64,000 nucleotides of DNA from Candidatus Latescibacterota bacterium (GTDB taxonomy: Bacteria > Latescibacterota > UBA2968 > GCA-2709665), in NCBI GenBank assembly GCA_965219995.1, contig CBDCOX010000002.1:64001-128000 (forward strand), read 5' to 3'. Positions within the stretch are counted from its first letter, which is position 1; every line of letters starts with the position of its first letter. The position numbers and the translations under genes were made by a program. Shown here piece after piece: positions 28,237-37,470 of this stretch. The notes under the pieces are model-generated. The model was not told the DNA's origin and ran no database searches. It was given only the letters and a program-made list of their open reading frames with translations.

Positions 28237-30765
28237 CTAAGCAGCAAACTGATTTAGCGGGACGTAGTCCTTGACGTATTCGGGGACGAGTTTGCGGTAT
28301 TTCTCCGGTACGGCGCCAAGGTCCTTCATTGAGAGAACGGGGTTGGTGGCCAGGCCGGTGTAGTCCCGGTTTTCGATGATGTGACGTACCTGGTCGCTGG
28401 TGACGTACGCTTTGAAGTAGTTCTTGATCGCGGGGATGGACTCGACCTGTTCGGGGGTATAGTCGGCCACGAACTTCCCGAATTCCTCTTCCAGCATCTC
28501 ATCTTTGGATTTAAACCGCGGAATCAGCCCAAACACCTTTTCCAGGATCTCCCTGAGCGTGATGCGACGGTCCACGGCTGCGGCCTTGCGCAGCTTTTCG
28601 AGCGTGTAATACTCCTCGGGCCGGTCGAAGACTTCCCGGTTGACGTAGTCGATGACCCGGTCCCACTGCCCCGCCTCCACGGCCTGCGCGATGACGTCAT
28701 CCTTCCGAACAGCATCCTCGAATTTCTCGAAGAACATCCGATCGATCCTCATCCCTTCCGCTCCGACGGCCTCGACCTTGATGGTCGACAGGATGTCCCG
28801 ACCCAGGTACTCGTAGGCACCAGCGTCGGCGACGGGAGTATTCGGATCCTCTTTTTCGATAGCAACCTTGTAGGAAGGCAGTCCCAACACTTCGTCGTAG
28901 TTGAACTCGGTTTCGAAGTATTCGCAGTTGGCGAAGAAGTCGAACAGCTTGAACTCGGTCTTATCCGGCTCGTCTACGCGTTCCGCGATGGCCGGATTCT
29001 GCAACTGTTCGAGGAAGTTATGCTTCCTTGTACCTCGCCCCTTGATCTGGATGAAGTCGGTGGGCGAGAAGATCGGGCGAAAGAGACCGAGATTAAGGAT
29101 GTCGGTACAATCATATCCCGTTGTCATCATGCCGACCGTCACACAAACCCGCGCTTTGCTCGTCAGATACTCAGGGAGGAAGTTCCCGGATCCGAGCAGG
29201 TTATTGTTGCTGAAATTAACGGTGAACCGCTGGGCATCCGAAATCTGCGATGTGACCTGTACGGCGAAGTCCGACTTGTATCTGTCCGGAAACATGACGT
29301 GAGCCATCAGGTTGAGGATTTGAGTCAGTTTTGCAGCGTGTTTTTGACTGACGGCGAAGACGATGGACTTGCCGATTTCGCCGCTGACGGGGTCACGAAG
29401 CGCGTTTTCGAGGAACGTCTTGCAGAAGAGCTGGTTGGTCGCGTCGGAATAGAATCGCTTCTCGAACTCACGCTTTTTGTAAGCCTCTTCCTGTTCTTCA
29501 CCCTCATCGTCCGTAAATGATACGACGAATCCCTGTTCGGAGAGCAACTTTGTTGTCACTTTCGTTCGCGCGTCAACGACCGTCGGGTTGATCAGATAGC
29601 CGTCCTTCACGCCGTCCAGCAGGGAGTATTTGAATGTGGGCTGCCCGCTTTCGCACCCAAATGTACGGTAGGTGTCCAGGAGCAAACGGCGTTCTGCTTC
29701 GCGCGGGTCCCGCGTGGTCGGGCTGGTCCCGTCGAATCCTCTCAGATAGTCCCGGGGAGTTGCGGTCAGGCCCAGTTTGTACCCGACGAAGTAGTCGAAT
29801 ACGGACCGGGCGTTGCCACCGATGGACCGGTGGGCTTCGTCGGAGATGACGAGGTCGAAGTCGGTGGGCGAAAACAGCGATTGGTACTTATTGTTGAACA
29901 GCAGCGACTGGACCGTGGTGACGACGATCTCCGCGGAACGCCAGTCGTCCCGCCGTTCCTTGTAGATCACCGTTTGGAAGTCAGCCGAAAGCAGGGCGGT
30001 GAAGACCTTCCTCGCCTGTTCCTCGAGTTCCAGCCGGTCGACGAGAAACAGCACACGAGAGGCATTGCCGGAGCGCAGAAAGAGCTTGATCACAGCCGCG
30101 GACACCAGGGTCTTGCCGGTTCCGGTGGCCATTTCGAACAGGAACCGGTCTTTCCCGTCCTTCACGATCCTCTGAAGCGTATGAACGGCCCGGAGTTGGT
30201 AGGGGCGGAGGAAATTCAATCCGTTGGACTTGATAAAGGCGGGGCGTTCGGCTTCGTTCGTCCACGCCGCTTCCGAGGCATAATTCGGCCGCTGGGTGAG
30301 TACGATGTAATCCTCACTGACGGACTCATCGACCAGGCGCTGAGGGTTGGGCTGGACTTTATTGTAGTTGGTTACGGAGTCCGGCGTCGGGAAGGAAGTG
30401 ATGACGTACGGATTGCCTCTCTCGAGGTCCCAGAAGTAATGCAGATTTCCGTTCGACAGGATGACGAAGCGGCAGTTCTGCGAGCGGGCGTATTTTCGTG
30501 CCTGTTCTTTGCCCACCAGCGGGTTTTTGTCCTCCGACTTGGCCTCCAGGACGATCAGCGGGAAGCCTTTTTCGTCAAGGAGGAGAAAGTCTACGCGACC
30601 TGTCGCGTTCTCAAAGTCGTCGCCCAGTGCGTCCAGGTCGGCCTTCTTCAGCTTGACGCTCGCCTCGACGCGAATGTTGGCAGGCTTGCCTTCATTGTCG
30701 AAGAACCGCCACCCCGCCGCCTCGAGCAGTTTGTTGATCTTGATCCTCGCCGCTGCTTCGTTCAT
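28237..30765 (-). CDS. hsdR: Type I restriction endonuclease subunit R (EcoAI/EcoEI-like)
   Basis: N-terminal D..LEAK nuclease motif, LRPYQ, MATGTGKT, DEAHRS, GLTATP, TTGYD, QIKGRGTR. Confidence 0.93.
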   Translation of the reverse strand: MNEAAARIKINKLLEAAGWRFFDNEGKPANIRVEASVKLKKADLDALGDDFENATGRVDFLLLDEKGFPLIVLEAKSEDKNPLVGKEQARKYARSQNCRFVILSNGNLHYFWDLERGNPYVITSFPTPDSVTNYNKVQPNPQRLVDESVSEDYIVLTQRPNYASEAAWTNEAERPAFIKSNGLNFLRPYQLRAVHTLQRIVKDGKDRFLFEMATGTGKTLVSAAVIKLFLRSGNASRVLFLVDRLELEEQARKVFTALLSADFQTVIYKERRDDWRSAEIVVTTVQSLLFNNKYQSLFSPTDFDLVISDEAHRSIGGNARSVFDYFVGYKLGLTATPRDYLRGFDGTSPTTRDPREAERRLLLDTYRTFGCESGQPTFKYSLLDGVKDGYLINPTVVDARTKVTTKLLSEQGFVVSFTDDEGEEQEEAYKKREFEKRFYSDATNQLFCKTFLENALRDPVSGEIGKSIVFAVSQKHAAKLTQILNLMAHVMFPDRYKSDFAVQVTSQISDAQRFTVNFSNNNLLGSGNFLPEYLTSKARVCVTVGMMTTGYDCTDILNLGLFRPIFSPTDFIQIKGRGTRKHNFLEQLQNPAIAERVDEPDKTEFKLFDFFANCEYFETEFNYDEVLGLPSYKVAIEKEDPNTPVADAGAYEYLGRDILSTIKVEAVGAEGMRIDRMFFEKFEDAVRKDDVIAQAVEAGQWDRVIDYVNREVFDRPEEYYTLEKLRKAAAVDRRITLREILEKVFGLIPRFKSKDEMLEEEFGKFVADYTPEQVESIPAIKNYFKAYVTSDQVRHIIENRDYTGLATNPVLSMKDLGAVPEKYRKLVPEYVKDYVPLNQFAA

Positions 30766-31150
30766 TCTGATATCTTTTCAGAAATTAACCAACATGGATG
30801 GACAGGATGGACAGGATAAAAACCGCAAGAAACTACGAAAACAACAAAAGCCACAAAAGGCACAAACTGGGCAGATCAAAACATCCAACATGGATGGGCA
30901 GGATGGGCAGGATAAAACCACACAAAACAACGAAAACACCGAGAGCCACAAAATGCACAAAGGGCACAAACAGGGGAAAACCAGGACCACTAAAGAATGT
31001 ACTGGAAGAACTGTATGAGTTGATTGTGTCTCTTCCTCAGCAGCGACTCCCGATCTGATCTGCGTGATCTTGGCCGTTGAACCTCTTTATTGTTCGCCTG
31101 CTCTTATCCGGTCTGTCCTGCTATGTCCATGGTCCCCTGTTTCAAGCGCT

Positions 31151-31369
31151 TTACTCGAACAGCGTTCGTGGTAGCCCCGATTGCCGAATGATTGCCATCA
31201 GTGTCCCTTTTCGTAGTTCCTTGTGGTCAGGAACCGGTACAGTGATCGTACTCTCGGACGTGATCCTCTGCATGACGACATGGCTGCTCCTGCGCCGGAC
31301 TTCGGTAAATCCGTGGTCCGCGAGTATTTCACAGGTTTCGCGTCCCGACAATACCCGAAGTCTAACCAA
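31151..31369 (-). CDS. hicA: HicA-family toxin
   Basis: LSGRETCEILADHGFTEVRRRSSHVVM...VPVPDHKELRKGTLMAIIRQSGL; TTG start with GGAGG RBS inside the hicB end. Confidence 0.9.
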   Translation of the reverse strand: MVRLRVLSGRETCEILADHGFTEVRRRSSHVVMQRITSESTITVPVPDHKELRKGTLMAIIRQSGLPRTLFE

Positions 31370-31583
31370 TGGCAACCTCCACCTGGGTTACGTACACTTC
31401 CTCGTGCAGGCGCTGCTGAATCTCAGTATCTGAGGCCGTTTCCAGGAACAACTCCAACGCCTCCTTCAGGTTTCCCCTTGCTTCAGAAACGGTTCCACCC
31501 TGACTCGCGATGTCCACTTCAGGGCACAGGGCAACGTATCCATCGCCTTCGCGTTCTATAATTGCAGTCAACTTTCTTGTCAT
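31362..31583 (-). CDS. hicB: HicB-family antitoxin (short form)
   Basis: TAIIEREGDGYVALCPEVDIASQGGTVSEARGNLKEALELFLE. Confidence 0.9.
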   Translation of the reverse strand: MTRKLTAIIEREGDGYVALCPEVDIASQGGTVSEARGNLKEALELFLETASDTEIQQRLHEEVYVTQVEVAIG

Positions 31584-31887
31584 CGCAAGCTCCCGTCGTG
31601 AGGATTTCCTTGTTTGACGCTTTCCTTCCTCCTCCGCTTTTGCAGTTGCCATTCATCACAGCCGTTTCCCGCCGTTATGATGTTGTCTGATTTTCGTTCT
31701 TCGACTTGGTTCTTCCCGTTTTTTAGCTTTCTGTTTTTATCCTGCTGATCCGGTGTATCCATGTTGTCCGGTTTTGATCTTTCGGTTTGGTTCTTCCCCG
31801 CTGTTGTCCCATGTTTTGGTTTTCTGCCTTTATCCTGTCCATCCTGTATATCCATGTTCCCCTGTATCAATCCTCGATGGTCCTTCG

Positions 31888-32385
31888 CTACCACCCGCCC
31901 ACCTGCGTCCGGTCCACGATATCCCGTGTGAGAATGTCGAACGCGGCGCCGAGGCCTGCGTGCCGGGCTTCCTCGCGCTGGCCCGCGGCGCTGTAGATGC
32001 CGTATCCCTTCAGGCGTTTCTCCTCCCACAATAGCTTCTTGTTCTTCACATCGAAGCAGCTCACGTCCAGGAAGACCGAAATCTGGAACTGGTCCTCCTG
32101 GCTGCGGTAGGTGAACGGATCGTCCCGCACCTCCACGATCGTGCCGCGAAGCACGACGTCCGCGCGGTCCTCGTCCGTCACGCGCAGCGCCGCGTCCTGG
32201 ATGAACGCCTGGATCAGGCTGTCCGTGAGGGCCTGCTGGATCTCCGGCTCCAGGCTCTCGTTCTCCATCAGCGGAATGGCCACCGAGCGGAAACCCGATC
32301 CGCCGGTCGCGGAGGTCGAATAGTACGCGCATCCGCCCAGCCAGAACAGGACCAGTGCGGCGCAGGGAAGGAGAGAACGCTTCAA
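31888..32385 (-). CDS. LptE-family lipoprotein
   Basis: Lipobox LGGC, SVAIPLMENES, ADVVLRGTI, LLWEEK; C-terminal ...VGGW typical of FCB-type LptE. Confidence 0.75.
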   Translation of the reverse strand: MKRSLLPCAALVLFWLGGCAYYSTSATGGSGFRSVAIPLMENESLEPEIQQALTDSLIQAFIQDAALRVTDEDRADVVLRGTIVEVRDDPFTYRSQEDQFQISVFLDVSCFDVKNKKLLWEEKRLKGYGIYSAAGQREEARHAGLGAAFDILTRDIVDRTQVGGW

Positions 32386-32843
32386 TCCGATTCCTCCTTC
32401 GCGTCCGACGTGTCCTCCGCCGGCGCGCCGCCTGACGCCGCTTCCTCCGGCGCCTCGGCTTCAGCGCTTTCGACGGCTTCTTCCCCGCCTTCCGCGGCAG
32501 TCGCTTCGACGTCCGCCGCGGGCGCCTCGGCATCATCCTCGGAAGCATCTGCCTCGTCCGGCCCCTTGTTCGCCTCGTCGACGTAATTCATCCGCAACTC
32601 GTACAGCGCGTGCTCCAGAAACTTCTGTTCGTTGTCGCTGAGATTGCCCTTCGTCTTCGCCTGAAGCATGCCCAGTATGTCAATGGTGTTCTTCGCCTGC
32701 GCGAGGTCCCGTTCCACCTTATTGGTCGCCGGGTTCATCACCTTGCCCAGATGCTGCCAGGCCGCCCCCTGAAACATCAGCACGACCTGCGTAAACAGAA
32801 ACTCGTTCATCTGTTCCTGGGTGATGGATTCACTTTCAGCCAT
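32382..32843 (-). CDS. DUF1844 domain protein with acidic tail
   Basis: AWQHLGK..NP...DLAQAKNTIDILGMLQAKTKGNLSDNEQKFLEHALYELRMNYV. Confidence 0.88.
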   Translation of the reverse strand: MAESESITQEQMNEFLFTQVVLMFQGAAWQHLGKVMNPATNKVERDLAQAKNTIDILGMLQAKTKGNLSDNEQKFLEHALYELRMNYVDEANKGPDEADASEDDAEAPAADVEATAAEGGEEAVESAEAEAPEEAASGGAPAEDTSDAKEESD

Positions 32844-32920
32844 CTGTATAACCTCCTTGAAATGATTGACTTAAGCACTACGTGGAAATGTGCTCTTATG
32901 GTCCTGAATCGTTATGTGGG

Positions 32921-33330
32921 TAGACGCAAGACGTGAGACGGGAGATGATATCAGCGCCCTAAAGGCGGGGAGAGGGTAGAGGTGAGACGGTAGAGAATGT
33001 GATTGCCTGGTGCGGTTTCACTTCTTGCCGGAGGCATTAAGTACGAACAAATCGGGCAAGGATGTCATCTACCGTCTTGCGTCTAACGTCTCACCGATTC
33101 TATTGCCCTGTGTGGTTTCACTTCTTGCCGGAGGCATAAAGGAAGAGCCAATCGGGCAAGGATGTCATCTACCCTCTACCGTCTCCCGTCTCACGGGTTT
33201 TCTTGCCCCGTCCGGTTTCAACTTACGCCGGAGGCAATTAGTACGAACCAATCGGGCAAGGATGTCATCTACCGTCTACTCACGGGTTTTAGTTTTTCCT
33301 TCTTCCTTCTTCCTTCTTCGTTCTTCCTTT
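32921..33330. repeat. Tandem array of three 100-bp units (GAGACG/CGTCTC MITE-like family)
   Basis: GATGTCATCT recurs at 33061, 33161 and 33261; CTTCTTGCCGGAGGCA at 33021 and 33121; flanked by GAGACG arms and a (TTCTTCC)n tract. Confidence 0.9.
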
Positions 33331-33337
33331 TACTTTC

Positions 33338-33970
33338 TCACGTCCCACCGCCAATCGCTTCCTCTAATTTCGCCAGCGCCGTCCCGGCGTCCGCCCATCC
33401 GCGGACGATGTCTGTCTGCGTGCCGTCCCGTTTCACGACCACGCTGGGAAACTCCCGCACGCCCATCGACCGCCGCAAGTTGAAGCCCGCCTGCAATTCC
33501 GCCTCGATCTCCGGCGACCGGATGTCCCGGTCGAACCGTTGCGCGTCCAGCGGCGGTGAAAGCGATCCGGCAACCGCGGTCAGCGTATCGATATCCGAGG
33601 GGTTCCGCGCCTCCCGGTAATACGCACGCTGGATGGCGTCGAACATTTCCGGCACGGCGTCGTCCCGCTGCGCCCCTGCCGCCAGCACCGCGCGGCAGGC
33701 GGGGTAGGTCGACCGGCGAGGTTTGCATTTGCGCCAGAAGTCCCAGTTGAATTCCGCCCCCGTCGTCTTTGTGACCTCACGCCAGTTCATCTGCACGTAC
33801 GCGCGGGTCTCTTCCGGCATCGGATCGTCGGAATCCCTGGCCAGCCCGCCCATCACGTAACCCACCGGGATGGAATCCGGAAGCGCCGCCACGATTTCCC
33901 GAAGCACCGGCCGGAACCCCCAGCACCACGAACACATGGGGTCGGCCACGTAATAGAGTCGGTGATCCAC
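33338..33970 (-). CDS. DsbA-family thioredoxin-fold protein
   Basis: YVADPMCSWCWGF (CxxC), TYPACRAV, GVREFPSVV (cis-Pro). Confidence 0.9.
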   Translation of the reverse strand: MDHRLYYVADPMCSWCWGFRPVLREIVAALPDSIPVGYVMGGLARDSDDPMPEETRAYVQMNWREVTKTTGAEFNWDFWRKCKPRRSTYPACRAVLAAGAQRDDAVPEMFDAIQRAYYREARNPSDIDTLTAVAGSLSPPLDAQRFDRDIRSPEIEAELQAGFNLRRSMGVREFPSVVVKRDGTQTDIVRGWADAGTALAKLEEAIGGGT

Positions 33971-34085
33971 GATTCGTCCCTTCGAAGGATGCGTACGAAA
34001 AAACAGACGTCAGACTGGATCGAATAACTTCGAACGGCTCGGCTCGCGAAGCCGGATTTCACAAGCGCCGCACGGGTACAATATT

Positions 34086-34254
34086 AACCTCAATTCGAAA
34101 AAAGAAAACCGAAAAATCGGCCACAAAAAGCACAAAAGGCACAGAAAGCATCGGTGCAATGCGGCGTGTGTCGTAACGCGGGGAACCGCCGGTTATTTCC
34201 TCACCGGGCCGAAAAGGTCGTCCGGAAGCACATTTTTTCCGTTCACGTCCAGTG
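34086..34254. repeat. Intergenic MITE-like element, copy 2 (internally deleted)
   Basis: Same ends as 10969-11244 but about 107 bp shorter. Confidence 0.8.
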
Positions 34255-34561
34255 ACCCGCAGGTTCCTGGAAATCAGATGTTAAATCGCCTTTATCAACT
34301 TGCATATATTCGAACCAACGTTCCCGAAAAATGTTGAATCAAGGGTAAAGACGGGAGTCCAAAAAGGCAAGCCCGTCGACCCCGTCTGAATCTGTACAAT
34401 AGCGTTTCACCGCACTTCTCCTGCGGCCCGACAGAATCCGCTTGCGCGTGCGCGACAGTTGTGCGTACTTTCGACAACACTGTTCCTGCGAGATCCGTCC
34501 CGTGCACTCGAGCTGCATCGGGACCGATTTATCGGAAAATCATCAGAAAAGGAGGTCGCCC

Positions 34562-35026
34562 GTGAACGTGGAAGTCACTATTAACGGCGAGCGCCACAGC
34601 CACGACGTGGAGCCCAGGCTGCTGCTTGTGCATTATCTGCGCGACGTCGTCGGCCTTACCGGCACCCACGTCGGCTGCGAAACCAGCCTCTGCGGCGCCT
34701 GCACGGTGATGCTCGACGGGCAGGCCGTGAAATCCTGTACCCTGCTCGCGGTGCAGGCGAACGGCGCCGAGATTACGACCATCGAGGGCCTGGCCGAGAA
34801 CGGCGAACTTCATCCCGTACAGGAGGGCTTCTGGGAATGTCACGGCCTTCAGTGCGGTTTCTGCACGCCCGGGATGATCATCGCCGCCCACCAGCTGTTG
34901 CAGCGCAACTCGCGGCCCACCGAGGCGCAGATCCGTCGCGGCATCGAAGGCAACCTGTGCCGCTGCACCGGGTACCAACACATCGTGGACGCCGTCCAGT
35001 ACGCGGCCCGAAAGATGAGATCCTGA
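34562..35026 (+). CDS. coxS: Molybdenum hydroxylase small (2Fe-2S) subunit, CoxS-like
   Basis: [28 protein letters not shown]; AGGAGG RBS before GTG. Confidence 0.9.
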   Translation: MNVEVTINGERHSHDVEPRLLLVHYLRDVVGLTGTHVGCETSLCGACTVMLDGQAVKSCTLLAVQANGAEITTIEGLAENGELHPVQEGFWECHGLQCGFCTPGMIIAAHQLLQRNSRPTEAQIRRGIEGNLCRCTGYQHIVDAVQYAARKMRS

Positions 35027-35039
35027 AAGGAGGTCTTCC

Positions 35040-37370
35040 ATGCCTGTCAGCAAATCCGTAGGCGCCAGAATCAAGCGCAGGGAAGATCCCAGGCTGATCC
35101 AGGGCCTTGCGCAATACGTAGACGACATCCAGTTGCCGGGCACGCTGCACGTCGCCGTGCTCCGCAGCCCGTACGGGCACGCGCACATCCGCGGTATCGA
35201 CGCCTCGGCCGCCTCGGACCATCCGGGCGTGGTGGCCGTGGTTACCGGCGACGATTTGAAGGACAACATCGGCACCATTCCCTGCGCCACCACCGATCCC
35301 GAGGGCTTTCCGGGCATCCAGGTCCCCGATCATCCGGTCCTGGCGCACGGCAAGGTACGGTTCGTCGGGGAGCCGGTCGCGGCCGTGGTCGCCGACAGTT
35401 CATATGCCGCCAGGGACGCGGCTGAACTCATCGAGGTGGACTACGACCCGCTCGACGCCGTCAACTCGTCCGAGGCGGCGCTGGCTGACGGCGCCCCGCT
35501 TCTGCACGAACAATTCGGCAGCAACCAGGCCTTCACATGGGCGATTGCCGGCGGCGACATCGACGACGCCTTCGCCCAGGCCGACCGCGTGGTCAAACAG
35601 CGTTTCAACCACCAGCGGCTGGTGCCCAACCCGCTGGAAACCCGGGGTGTGGTCGCACAGTTTCAGCCAGGTGACGGAAAACTCACGGTCTGGTCATCCA
35701 CGCAGATCCCGCATCTGCTCAGGACTCAGCTCTCGGTCATTCTCAACCGGCCCGAGCAACTCGTGCAGGTCATCGCTCCCGAGGTGGGCGGCGGATTCGG
35801 CTGCAAGCTGAACGTCTACGCCGAGGAAGCCCTGGTGGGGCACCTGGCCATCCAGCTCAAGAGGCCGGTCAAGTGGATCGAAAGCCGGAGGGAGAACTTC
35901 CTGCACACCATCCACGGTCGAGACCAGGTCGGCGACGTGGAGATCCCCGTCAAGAACGACGGAACCATCCTGGGTCTCAAATACACCGTGGAGGCCGACG
36001 TGGGCGCCTACTACCAGTTGCTCACACCGGCGATCCCCACCCTCACGGGGCTGATGCTCTGCGGTTGTTACAGGTTCCAGAACGTCTCGATGGAACTCAC
36101 CGCGGCCTTCACCAACAAGATGGCCACCGACGCGTACCGGGGCGCGGGCAGGCCGGAAGCCACGTACCTCATCGAACGCATGCTGGACTGCGTGGCTCAC
36201 GACCTGGACATGGACCCCCTGGAGGTCCGCCGAAGGAACTTCATCGGCAAGGACGAGTTTCCCTTCGAAACCGGCACCGCAGTCGCCTACGACAGCGGCG
36301 ACTACGAAATCGCGCTCAACAAGGCGCTCAGGAAGATCGACTACGAAGGCTTCCGCAAGGAGCAGGCGGACGCCCGCGAACAGGGCCGGTACCTGGGCAT
36401 CGGCTTCTCCACGTACGTGGAGATCTGCGGCATGGGTCCCTCGGCGGCCATGCCGGCGGGCGGCTGGGAGAGCGGCACGGTAAGGGTGGACCCGACGGGC
36501 AAAGTCACCGTTCTCACCGGGGTCTCGCCCCACGGCCAGGGGCAGGAAACCACGTTTGCCCAGCTCATCGCCGACGGTCTCGGGGTGGATATCGACGACG
36601 TGCGCATCATCCACGGCGATACCGAAGCCGTGCAGTACGGCATCGGCACGTTCGGTTCCCGCGCGACCGCGGTGGGCGGTACGGCCATGGTAATGGCGAT
36701 GGAAAAGATCAAGGAAAAGGCCGTGAACATCGCCGCGCACCTGCTGGAGAGCAACCCGCAGGACATCGTCGTCGAAGACGGCAAGTACGGCGTCAAGGGC
36801 TCGCCCGACCAGGGCGTCACCCTGGCGGAGATCTCCATGGCCGCACACGGGGGCGTGAATCTGCCGCCGGATACCGAGCCGGGTATGGCGGCCACCCATT
36901 TCTTCGAGCCGTCCAACTTCACCTACCCGTTCGGCACGCACATCGCCATCGTGGAAGTGGACGCGGACACCGGAGAGGTGGACATCCTGCGGTATATCGC
37001 CGTTGACGACTGCGGCCAGATCATCAACCCGCTGATCGTCGAGGGTCAGATCCACGGGGGCATCGCCCAGGGTCTGGGCCAGGCGCTATATGAAGAGGCC
37101 ATCTACGACGAGAGCGGGCAGATGCTCACCGGCTCGTTCATGGACTATGCCCTGCCCAAGGCGCACAACTTCCCGCGCTTCGAGCTCGACAACACGGTCA
37201 CGCCCTCGCCGGTGAATCCGATGGGCGTCAAAGGCGTGGGAGAGGCGGGCACCATCGGCTCCACGCCGTCCATCGTCAACGCGGTGGTGGACGCGCTCAA
37301 ACCGTTCGGCGTGCGGCACATCGACATGCCGCTGCGTCCCGAAAAACTCTGGAAGCTCATGCAGGGGTAG
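35040..37370 (+). CDS. coxL: Xanthine dehydrogenase-family molybdopterin large subunit, form II CoxL-like
   Basis: REDPRL, VGGGFGCK, active-site AYRGAGRPE, HGQGQET, GSR, KGVGEAG. Confidence 0.88.
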   Translation: MPVSKSVGARIKRREDPRLIQGLAQYVDDIQLPGTLHVAVLRSPYGHAHIRGIDASAASDHPGVVAVVTGDDLKDNIGTIPCATTDPEGFPGIQVPDHPVLAHGKVRFVGEPVAAVVADSSYAARDAAELIEVDYDPLDAVNSSEAALADGAPLLHEQFGSNQAFTWAIAGGDIDDAFAQADRVVKQRFNHQRLVPNPLETRGVVAQFQPGDGKLTVWSSTQIPHLLRTQLSVILNRPEQLVQVIAPEVGGGFGCKLNVYAEEALVGHLAIQLKRPVKWIESRRENFLHTIHGRDQVGDVEIPVKNDGTILGLKYTVEADVGAYYQLLTPAIPTLTGLMLCGCYRFQNVSMELTAAFTNKMATDAYRGAGRPEATYLIERMLDCVAHDLDMDPLEVRRRNFIGKDEFPFETGTAVAYDSGDYEIALNKALRKIDYEGFRKEQADAREQGRYLGIGFSTYVEICGMGPSAAMPAGGWESGTVRVDPTGKVTVLTGVSPHGQGQETTFAQLIADGLGVDIDDVRIIHGDTEAVQYGIGTFGSRATAVGGTAMVMAMEKIKEKAVNIAAHLLESNPQDIVVEDGKYGVKGSPDQGVTLAEISMAAHGGVNLPPDTEPGMAATHFFEPSNFTYPFGTHIAIVEVDADTGEVDILRYIAVDDCGQIINPLIVEGQIHGGIAQGLGQALYEEAIYDESGQMLTGSFMDYALPKAHNFPRFELDNTVTPSPVNPMGVKGVGEAGTIGSTPSIVNAVVDALKPFGVRHIDMPLRPEKLWKLMQG

Positions 37371-37470
37371 GTCGTCTGCCCGTTCCGTCAGGGCGCGCGG
37401 AAAACCGGCCGACTGTCGGTTGAACGCGCCCGCGCGGATGTTCAAATCTTCGATACCTGGAGAGAAGCCA

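Larger units (their letters stand above)
12790..31858. repeat. Dispersed ~30-bp repeat family with 9-nt period, consensus AACATGGATGGACAGGATGGACAGGATAAAA (16 copies)
   Basis: Copies (+): 12790, 13758, 13997, 14946, 15046, 27806, 30791, 30887. Copies (-): 12951, 13922, 14223, 26523, 28217 (half), 31104 (degenerate), 31735, 31829. None seen elsewhere in the window by eye. Confidence 0.92.

Noticed and set aside
12752-31058. Short ORFs containing MDRMDRIK / MDGQDGQDK / HKRHK peptides (e.g. 12752-12982, 27812-28042, 28053-28247, 30778-31058)
   Set aside because: They are translations of the intergenic repeats, not independent genes; the exception is the copy inside hsdM-S.
12790-31858. CAGGAT repeats as CRISPR repeats or classical integron attC sites
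   Set aside because: They alternate in orientation, spacing is irregular, whole genes lie between pairs, attC core consensus ends are not evident and there is no intI. Kept as a distinct unexplained repeat system.
35040-37370. Bona fide aerobic CO dehydrogenase
   Set aside because: The active-site loop is AYRGAGR (form II), not the Cu-binding AYxCSFR of form I, and the gene order is S-L-M; the substrate cannot be assigned.
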